64,000 nt of DNA, from positions 3,784,001-3,848,000 of the forward strand of contig CM119378.1 of assembly GCA_051294905.1 (NCBI GenBank), in the 5' to 3' direction. The translations under genes and the position numbers were made by a program. Positions 1 through 11,200 of this stretch are shown piece by piece. The first letter of the stretch is position 1; every line of letters begins with the position of its first letter. The notes beneath the pieces are model-generated. The model searched no databases and was not told the DNA's origin. It saw only the letters and a program-made list of their open reading frames with translations. The stretch is from Botryllus schlosseri (taxonomy: Eukaryota).

Positions 1-810
1 TATGTATGGCGCTGGCAGCATATAATAAATCAACACTAAACAAGCACGCACCTTCACAATCTCATAAATTTTACCTGCTTTGTTACAAAAGTTTACTTGA
101 AATATCCAGCTTTCTGTTTGTGAATATTTAAAGACTCTCTGTTGTGAGCTTGACCCGCAATCACACAACATCAAGAGCTAAATACGCTACTGTATGAAGT
201 CAGCGAATGATGCTTATTCAACCAATCAATGAAATTGATATCGTTGTCTAATGAGAAGAAACTAGTAATCGTACGGGGTCCATCTCGAATTCATATGTTT
301 ATTGTATCATAAAAACCAAATCCGTGAGATTGGGGTGTTGGTTACTGCTGTATAACTTCTTAACGGGGTAAAACCCGTTTCACACTCTGCTCAATATCAA
401 CGTAGCAACATTCAGATGCTAAATACGTTGTCCGGTCTGGCCTAGACCGTTCAGGCGTAAGCTTATATTCACTTGCGAGTCCCCGTCGAAATTGTTGGCA
501 AATCGACGGAAGATATTGATTTTATGGCATTATTATAGCATTTGATTGAACCAAATTTGATACATTTGACGACGTTTAAAATGTCAATATGTACTTCAGC
601 ATTGTGGCATTATGCAGACCGAGTCATCGCTAGGTATCGTGTACAATGTGAAGGCTACATCATTATATCACTTCACTGAAATGTAGGGTTGGAATTAACA
701 ATATGACGTCACGTGACGTCATAAGGTTCACGTTCGCGTTCATACAGAACCTTTTAAAAAGGTTCGCGTTCACACGAACTCGAACCTTTCAGAGGTTCAC
801 ACCATCCCCA
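1..810. mobile_element. Right part of a hAT-like non-autonomous element (end ...CCATCCCCA, GGTTCG/GAACC subterminal repeats)
   Basis: About 1-570 aligns by eye to 14651-15049 plus 17580-17790. Both copies end with GAACCTTTC...GGTTC.C..CATCCC(C/T)A (810 and 17841). Confidence 0.65.
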
Positions 811-1062
811 GTCTCAACCTTTATTACCTCGCGGCCGTGCGTGCAAGAGCAGTTCGAACTGAATGAATTTTGTATTCTGTAAGTGGTGTGGTTTGTTCTT
901 GAGAAGTTAACACCGCCCAAGGCCGCGTTGGCATTTGCCAACTCAGGTTAGCATATAGGCCATGAATGGAATGCGAAATAAAAAGTCAATTGCACGACGC
1001 TAGGAATTGAATGTTCTTGTAACATTCCGTTGTTCCTAATGAGATATATGACTCGTCATAAC

Positions 1063-2168
1063 CAGGGTCGTAACAGCACTTCGTCAGCCTCCACCCCCAC
1101 CCCCACCCCCCCCACCCCACTCCCCCCCAAAAAAACGTTGGTCTTGGGCCCTCCATAGGATGATAAACCGAACTTCTGGAGGGGGCTCGCGCTCTACGAG
1201 TTTGCCGCTACTTATCATCTACATTTGGGACGGTTTGCTGATTCAGCTTTTCTAGCCTATACGCGCGAAGCGCTAAAAAATTCTATAATTCATGATTTAA
1301 TCGGTCAATATGATCGAGAATAGCATGTATATTGCTATGAATTTTTATCCTCTCTCTGCTCACGTAGTCAGATTTACCGGTAGAGCTGAGTGAGGTGTGT
1401 TTGAAAAGGTAGGATCCCTCAATAATAATAAAATATCTTCGGGCCTATACCCGTTGCTATCAATTTCCTGTCGTTTCTGCTCATGTAATCAGATTTACTG
1501 GTAGAGCTGAGTGAGGTGTCTTGGAAACTGTAGGGCCCGTATATAATAATAAAACATCTTCGGGCGGGCGGACCCCTTGGTATGACTGCGTTACATGATG
1601 TTATTTCGTGACCTCCTGTCTGCTATTTTAAAAAATATAGAATCGCCCAAACGTAGGCTACTTAATTAAAAGACGCACACGACTCCAAATTGGTATTTCT
1701 TCACTGGCATATTATTTTTCCCTGCAGGATGGTATTTGTCTTGTGAGGTTCAGATTGCCAAGACAGGAACATTCGGTGCCAGTCATTTAGGAGCCTATGG
1801 ACGAATAAACCTATATGTATTTTGTAAATATAACGAAGTTTTCGGTCTCCATAAGGGCAGTCCATTTCGGCCACGGTTTTCTCGCTGCCGATCGTTCTTG
1901 GAGTCGCATAGTACATTGCCTAAAACTTCATATGTCTTGGTGCGTCGTGGCGCGGTAATGGCCAGAGCCGATATGCCCATTTCTATAAGTATTTCGTATT
2001 TTTTCTGAGGGAAAAAGTAGGCTACCCCAAAATCAAGATATTTGGCAACTTGAAATCGCGAACAGGGCGAAAAAATTTCAAAAAATACTCGATAATTTGT
2101 GCTAATTCACATAATAATTTTGGGCCCCCATCAATTGAAGAGTTTGGGGTGCGGCAGTTACGGTCCTG
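1063..2168. mobile_element. hAT-type (Tip100-like termini) non-autonomous element
   Basis: Imperfect TIR CAGGGTCGTAAC / GTTACGGTCCTG, exact 8-bp TSD GTCATAAC, and an internal ~120-bp duplication. Related copies at ~8265-9068, ~29000-29447, ~63504-64000. Confidence 0.88.
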
Positions 2169-2201
2169 GTCATAACTAATTATTGCTGATTTCTTTTTCA
2201 G

Positions 2202-5200
2202 ACATCCGAGGCAACGACTATTCCGAAAGCAATCTTGATATCAGGCCGAAAATAGAAGCTATCGTTTTATATTTGGACAGCACCGAGGAAAGTCCGTATG
2301 CCTCAACTGTCATCGCAGGCTGGAACGCACGTACGTGACCGACCACATTCTATTGAAGGGGCACTATGCGCTCTACATATGTTGTGGTCTTAAATTAAAG
2401 CTGTAATTTTGAAAAAAATATCGCATCAGCCATTTTCCTTATAAAGTCACCGTATTAAAACAGTAGCTAAAATATTTTCACGAGTCATGGTATTGCACTT
2501 GATTAATCTCTGTGGTATCGAGGTCACGCATCATCGCTTCTTAACGTTTCGCGAGACTTTTGGCAGGCATTTCTTCACTGTTTCAGTCTCACCAAGTACG
2601 AAATTCATATTCTTCAAAACTTTCGTAAAGAATTTAGAAGCGATGATGCGATGACCACATTTATTGATGAAGTGCAACAGCGCCACATCATATTTAGAGC
2701 GCAGGTCCCTTTTTTGACACTAGTCTCATTCGTAGATCACTTATTGTTAAAATTATGGTGCGAGGTAGGCCGGCTCGACTCCTAATTATGTTGGAGATTT
2801 GGGGATTTCTTTTGGGATTTGCATATAGATTAACGATTCAATTAGCTCGTATTACAAAGTCAAATTATGCTCGTCTTGGTTTTGAGATGTAAGTTTCAAT
2901 AAATAAGCCATTTTCTACGGAGTAGAAGTGGATGGATGCATTTTAGGGAGGGATATGCGGCTAGTTTGCGTGTATCATACAAAGTGTTACGAACGCATCC
3001 ATACCATTAGAGCCATTATGCTATAAATGACTCTCTTAATGATAACACTGGCCAACACTATTTTTGTTGACTTTGATCAGACAATTGACTGTGACTAACT
3101 TTTGGGCGCTGAATTCGAAAATGACGTCCGTTTTTCTCTACCACGTCAATTTTTTAGGTTAGGCACCCACCACATTGTCTCATAACCCACATAATAGCAC
3201 TATTTTTATTATTTTGTGTTTATTGTATAAAACGTTTTAAAAACCACAAGCAATCGAACGTCAATCAATAGGCTTCAAATAAACATTTTCACTGCTTTAT
3301 TTGGTTAATTTGAACTGATATTGCTTCTAGAAGACAAATAAAGTGCGAGTTTCAGGGTTCAAATTTACGCTAATAATCTATAGTTATATAGGTTGTATAG
3401 TTTGATACTCAAGCAATAGTCCACTAACATATGTAAGCTCTAATCTACTCTGGTATCTTACCCCCATCATCTTCACATGTTGGGAGACATTTTCTCCTTG
3501 TCCATCTCTGACTATGTCAAGGTTTTTAGGGAAATTATTTAGATATTTTAGCTTTTTTGAATGTCTGCTGTCCGACATAAAGATATGGCAGTGACACATG
3601 TGTATCAGGATTACATATGCATCCTTATTGTCTGACCACTAGAAAACACAATATTTCAAAGCTGACACATATGAATGATCCAATCGTGCTCGTGATTTTG
3701 CAACAAATCAATGTTTCTGTTTTACTCTTAATGTTTCTGTATTATTCACGAAGACTAACTGAGTGTGCAATTGTTACTGCACCTAAGACTTTGCCATTTT
3801 GGAGAATGGCACACTTTAGGATCCTTTTTGAGCTACCTATAGGCATTTGCCATTCACTTGACTTGTAAATCGGGATTACTAACTCCTCCAGTAATCCATG
3901 GTAACGGTATCATGCCAATGCCAGTATCACGGCAATACACAAAGCTACCGAATGTAGGCCTACGAAGAAAAGGCTGCTCCCCCTGATCGAAAGTGAGATA
4001 GCCTACCTTCTCTACCTTGCCAAGCAATCTTTTCTCACTTCATAAAGATGTTAAAAGTGCCGAAGAATTCTATTCCAAGTCCCAAAGCTTATGTCAGATC
4101 AATAACTCGTGTTGATGGACTGCTCTACGTTCTGAATCAACTTCGATTTCAAAATCTTCATCATTTGGCCTGCTATCGCTAATATCTTCATCGTGATCCC
4201 AATTATCGAGCGTATAGGAGCTTCCGGTTACACTGGATAAGCTGAATGGGGCATTGGACCTATAGCTGATAGCAAATGTTATGTTTATTTTTCTTGCCAA
4301 ATCCTGCAGTTTGCATCAAATATGTGTGTGAAATATCTTCGGATGATTGCATCCTCTAACCAAAAATGGGTGAAAGCATCGGCTTAAATCGATACCAGTA
4401 CCTTTTCCCTACATAATGCAATCGAGCCCTTGACTATAACTTATTATGTGGTAAAAGTGTGGATTTATATATGATATGGAAAAGTAATATGGCCAAATTC
4501 GTGAAAATTTGCATATCTTGGGCATATGACGTAGAGCAAAAAGTTGACGTGATAGAAAAAAACCGGTGGCATTTTTGGAATCAGCACGCCAAAATTAGCC
4601 TAAATCAAGTGCAAAATCAAAGTCAACAAATTTTTCGTTTAAAATTGTGTCCCAGTGTAATGCTTATCTTGGAGGCACACATACTATAACAATAAGGTTA
4701 CATTGAAAACAAACTGTGTTTTGAAACACTTTTTTAAACGTGTTTTATAATTTTGCCATAATTGTTTAAATACTTAACATGTAGTATAAGCCTACGAACG
4801 ATTTGCACCCGATATAGTCGATGTATACGGAGTGGCTGGAACCCTCGAAATCGTCTTCGGCTCAACAGTTATAGCATGCAGATTGTAGATATAGATCATT
4901 GATACGAAATGTGTTTTGATTATGATAACCACCGACAGTAAAAATGCTGTATAACGATGTAGTCCTTGTTAAAGATATTTTTGGTCTGTTTATGACAGTG
5001 GTCGGAAGCCCTTTTCATCGAAAGAGCCATATTTTCCCTACGTTTTCAATTGCCTGCCAATCCACTGTGACGTTACAATTAAAGATTCGTGACGTCATGG
5101 CAAAAAACAGCAACAATGAAAAACATGTTTTAAACAAGGGTCAAGTTTTAAACAAGTTTGTTTTATATCGATTTTTGTTTTAAATGCAACCCTAACAACA

Positions 5201-8200
5201 ATTAATATTAAATTACTATTGATAATTATAATTTAACTATTACATTAATATTAACAAACGATATTATAAATGATTCACACAAAAATAGGGCTGGGCACAA
5301 TGATTCGAGTACTCGAATCTGAATCGACTATTAATTTTAATGATTCGAGTCGAGGAGTAAAAGACGATTTTTTCGAGTACTTACATTATACGCTTCTCAC
5401 CACTGAAAGTTATTTTATCAACGAGAATTATAGTTTCGATACTAATTTTCACTGTTGAAGCCTTTAAACATTGATTGGCGGTATCGTAGCATGCGAAACA
5501 TATAGCACAAAGCTACGGGGGTTACTGAACGTAGCACATTTCCGAAGTCATGGCTATGGTATGGTCGATTAAATACCAAAGTATCATTTATGAGATTGAT
5601 AACAGGCAATATATTATTTGCGGTGGCATAAACGGTACATATTTGAACTTTAGCGTATTACATTCCGTTATGGCGTCATAATGACTGATACGCGATTACT
5701 CGACTCGACTCGAAACATATTACGTGATTCAGAATCGAATCACTCAGGCACTCGATTTTGCCCAGCCCTATACTCACAAAACGATAATTCAGGAAAATAG
5801 ATATATTATTATCATTAGGGCGATTTTTTTTTACCTAAAAAATCCAAATTTTGACATTTTTTACCTTAAAAAACTAAATCTTGACCAAATTTTGACCTAG
5901 CGTATGCTAATTAGGTGTTTTCCCACATAATGTTGGAATTGGACTACTTGTATTCATTTCTGGTTCGAACAGTCTGTTCTTACGAAGTAGTTTGCCCTGA
6001 AAAAACTTTTCGACTCAAAATGTGACAATTTTTAACATGTATAAACTTTATTTGAACTAAATCTGGTTATATGAAAAATTCCAGTAGTTACATCCCGTAT
6101 TATGGTGAAAATAATTAAAATTTGTTGTAGTACGACGAAAGATACTTTCCTGCATTCTCGGGTACAAAGTGTCTGTCCTTACTAAGTAGCATGCCAAGAA
6201 TGGAGAAAGAATGTTCATTTGTAGCAGCTGTTGGCTGACAACACCGAAGTTGTGCGTACACTGCAGTACACTATCTATAGTTTCTAGATATCCCTGGTAC
6301 ACTGCTGGCGGCACACCGTGTTGCTTCATTCTGACAATGATGTACATCACAATTTTTCATCATGCGCTTCTTGATATAAAAACAATGCAATGCCTACGCA
6401 GTCTTGCTTCACTTAGGATATTGCACTGCGTCGAGCATAACACCATATCAACCAGGTTTCATTTGAATGTTTATTATTCACAATGAGCAGACAACGGGCC
6501 ATCTACAACGGTATAGGCCTATAAAGTAGGCTACAAGTTGTAAAATGTCAAACGATAAGTTCACCGACAGTGCAAAATCTACGATACGAACGAAAGGCAG
6601 GTTGCAAAAAAATTTCGTCTATGTCAACAATTTTGACTTTTTTGACCTAACGCTACAATTTTGACCTAATTTTGACTTTTTTTGACGTGTCAAAAAAAGA
6701 TCGCCCTAGTTATCATCAACGCCACAGACAAATTGATTATGCGCCAGGAGGGGCAATTTGATCAGATCAGAAGCTGTCAAACACATATGGGTAACCCACA
6801 AAATACCGGCTTGCGAGTAGCAAGTTTACTCTACCAAAAACATAGTCGTTATAATGCAATTATTCTCAGTATCTTTAACTTGTTCTGATGCGTGTATTCG
6901 GTGGATTTTCCGATCGTGATCGTGATGATGCAGAGTGTGAAAGATATGGTTGCGGTTGTGGAGGGCTATAGCTGATCACAATCATCAAAACACCGTGATT
7001 GGTACCGCGTTATGTTGTGCACGCGATACCACTATTGGTCACATTTTAAGGATTGCAGAAAAAACACAAGGTATTCCTAAGATATACTTTAGCTTGCCAA
7101 ACATCTCATCGCAAATCGAGACTTACCCCGTTGAAACAACCAGCTCTTGCTTTGAAATGGTTTCCAGAGCTTAACTCTGTTCCTGTTTTTCAACCTGCGC
7201 CAACAGATCGACGGAACCGACGATCGATTCAGCCGGTAGCAACTGACTGTGGAAGAAAGCCTTATATCGTGAGCTTCAAACATAACAGGGTAAGAACTTA
7301 AGTCGAATCCATGCCAATTAGCCCGTGTTTTACTGCAAGTGAATATATTTCGGAAGATTGTACATTACTCATTTTGCATGAAGATACATCTTGCAATCTT
7401 GAAAGTATCCCCATCAGACTAACAACTATAAACGTATGCGGCTCCTCTACTAAATGTACTTTTCGAAACTAGTTACTATTTACACCAGTGGTTCTTAACT
7501 TTTTTTCGTCCACCGCCCCCTTTCAAACATTATCGTGCTCTAGCGTTAAGAAAAATAAAATAGAAAAAAAATTAAACGATGGTAGCAAAGGATCAATGAA
7601 GCAATGTCTAGGCGAGGTAGGGCAACAGTGTTAGTGTAACGACAAGAGGTGATCAAGTAGGGCTTTTTTGAATCTATTATAAGGCAATTCACGGATATGT
7701 GATGGTAATGCATTCCAGGTGATAGGTCCCGAGTAGTCGATGGACCTCTTAGTTAGGTTGCTATTGGGTGGGGGTAAGTAGATATTTCCTTTAGACGAGG
7801 ATCTCGTGTAATGGGAGTGGACATTTTTAGCAGGAATGAAAAAGTCATCAAACACAGGAGGCAAACTATTGGAAAAATATTTGTGAATGACTTTTGATAC
7901 TTCGAAGCGATATAGGTCGTCAACTTGCAAAATTCGGTGCTTACGGTAGTAAGACGATAGTTTGGTACGTAAAGGTACAGATGAGATCAGCCGTATCGCT
8001 CGGTTTTGCAGGGTTCGAATTCTGCACAGAAATGTTGTGATGCATGCACTTCCCCATACTACGATTCCATATTGCAGGTGAGAGTGAAGCCAACGAAACA
8101 TCTAGAAGAAAAACTGTATTTCGGGAGTTGAGCCTGAAAGTTGACCCATTTTTTTAGTCAACCAACCGCAATTTTGTGGTAAATTTACGATTTCCCGGAT

Positions 8201-11200
8201 TTTACTCACTGACGATTTTGACAAATTGTCCTCCTTTACCGATTCCAAAATGTGGTAACCCTACGTAACAGCACTTCGTCAGTCCCCCTAAAAAAACGAT
8301 TGTCTTGGGCCCCCATAGCGTGATAAACCAAACTTCTGGGGGCTGGTCAGCAAACATTGCGTGGCCTGGTCGCCCTAGGCGCCAATTTTCTATAATGCAT
8401 GAATGAACAGGTGGTAATTGCATATTTATGTCTTATCCTCTCACCCGACGTAATCAGATTTACCAGTAGCGCTGAGAGAGCTGTTGTCTTGGAAAATGAA
8501 GGCCACGTAATTAATAATTAAACATCTTCGGGCGTGCCCGTTGGTACAATTACTTCATTACATGTTGTTATTTTGTTACCTCTTGTCCGCTATATAGTCA
8601 AAAGATGTTGAAACGCATAAACGTATTAAACTTGAATAAGCACATGATTCAAAATTGATATTTCTTCACTAGCAAATAATTTTTCTCTGATGGATGTTAT
8701 TTGTCCTATGCGGTACAGATTGTGACGACATGATAATTCGGACAATTAGACTTATATACATCGACGTTTACGGTCAGCAGAAGGGCAATCCCCTTTGGCT
8801 ACGGTTTTCTCGCTGACAATCTTTATGACACACTTCTCGGAGTCCCATATTGGGAGGAACTTCATATGTCTTCGTGCATTGTGGCGTGGTAATGGCCGAC
8901 CCCGAAATGCCTATTTCTATTTTCTATAATTATGCGTATTTTTTCGTGGAGGAGTCGTCAAAACAGGATGTGTAATTTATGTTCATTCTCCGAAATAATT
9001 TAGGGCGCCCTTCGGGCTCACCCCCACTGCGATTGTGGGTTTGGGTTGCAGCAGTTTCGGTCCTGGTAAGAGGTCAAAGTCCAGTCGGTCTTTTCGGGAC
9101 TTTAGTATTGGAAATATTTCGCGATTTAATCGCGCTCGCGCTCCCCAATTTACATCCGCGATTGACAATACGGGGAAATTAATGGTATTGGATTATGTTT
9201 CAACGCTTTGTGTGACTACGTAAGTTAACTGTGAATGGGATGCATATATCTGCTCACATTGGATCTGGTACTGTACCCAGTTAATAATTTTACCATGAAT
9301 GTATTCCGAACAAAGAAACTCATATTATTCAACGTTAATGTGAGGTTGTGGACCCTAACACTCGTTAGTATCATCCTTTATGATACGATGAGGAAATATT
9401 CTGACGATTTAATTTTGTAGCTCTCAAATACAAGCGTATTTAGTTATTCCTTTCGTGCACAAAGCTTCAAAGCCTATTTTATGTACAAGGGGCTCTCACT
9501 CTCAAAAGTGATATACAGTGTCTCCTTCGAAATCAACGCGCTGTGCGCTGCAAGATATAATAGGCTACCTAGTTCGAAACATTTTGTTGAAAATAATCCT
9601 AGCTAGCGTGACGGTAGTGTTTTAACGGGAAAATGGCGATCTAAAAATACGCCCAATCCATTTTATATGAATTAGAATAACCCACTTCATTTATGAAAAC
9701 ATATCTAGCAAACGTCGCCGCGTGTCGCGACCAAAAATTTCGAGATTTGAGATGTCTTGAGCAATGTTTATTTGTTCTAAATACTCATTAAGAATATGTC
9801 CTACTACTACATCATCATCATCTACTGCGAAGCTATTTTCGTTCAGCGCCCCCTTTATCGCCCACCTGAGCCCAGCGCCCCCCCCCCATATCGCCACATC
9901 AGCGTTCCCTCCCCCTTCAAAATCGCCAGCGCCCCTTGGGGGGTGCAGGAGGTAAGGTTAAGAACCACTGATTTACACCTTTCCTTTACTACTTCCTTTT
10001 GTTGTAGTTTTGACATGCTTTGGTATCACTACTTCGACTCGTAATTGAGTAGAAATTTGCAGCTTTACGTCTGCTCCTACTTTGAGTAGAAACGCTCACT
10101 ATTTTGATTACCCTTGGTTATTCGATGGTATACTTTATTTAAGAAAGTGGTAACACCGGACAGAGCAGACATCGGAATATGCCATGGAAGCTGTGATAGT
10201 GCAAGATGGCCTGATGAAGCAGTCGCCCTGAACGCGACCGGACATGCCATGAAAATGCTATGGGTAGGTAGCCTAATATTCGCAATATGCATACTCGGCA
10301 TGTGCCAATAATAAAGGAACATTCCAATTGATGATAATATTTTCAATCCATGATCAGAACCATCATATTTACCGAGATTTCCGTTTCGTCGCCAAGTCCC
10401 CTTTTCGTTTTGTTCCTTGTAGACTTCACATTACATCCCCGAGCGAAAAAGTATAGTTGATGTTGTTGTTGTTTGTGGTATCCATGGTGTTGGTCGACTA
10501 CAATGGTCATTTACACCAGGTCGATATTCGTTATTTTTGATTCCATAACTGCCGACTTCGACTTGTAGCACGGCCCACTTCCATGCTTTTTGTGAGACAC
10601 CGCTCACGCGGATGATATGGCGATAAGGAGCCCAGATAAACTTCCAACACTTAGGTAGGAATTCTGGGGCCGACTTGGGTCGGACTCGAACCCACAATCC
10701 ATTCGTTTTGCAGCTGTGGATTATACCACTACGCTATCTCGTCACAGCGAACAAGCAGTCTGGCACTTATCTCTGCACACACACACACAGACACACCAGT
10801 GTTGGGATGACTCGAGTCATGACTTGACTCGAGTCAGACTCGAGTCACCTTTTTCGTATGACTTGACTTGACTCGAGTCACTTCGCTGAAATGACTTGAC
10901 TTGACTTGACTCGACGTATCAGAAATGTCGATTGACTCGTGACTCGGAGCAAAATTGACAAGTCAATTTCAAGTCATCAAGCAATCGATGTCGATAAAAA
11001 TCACTGTATCTTGCATATGTTTAGATTTTTCGCGAAACGATGGTGTATAACCTTTTAGAGTGACCAATCATTCAATGATCGTTCGTTTTACTGAGCCTCC
11101 ATTGTTCTCTCACAAATGAATAGACCGCAAACGAAGTGATCGCAGTTTACAGCTTACGTTGTCGTAAATTAGTAAAGTAATTTAGTAGCAAAATGTCTAT

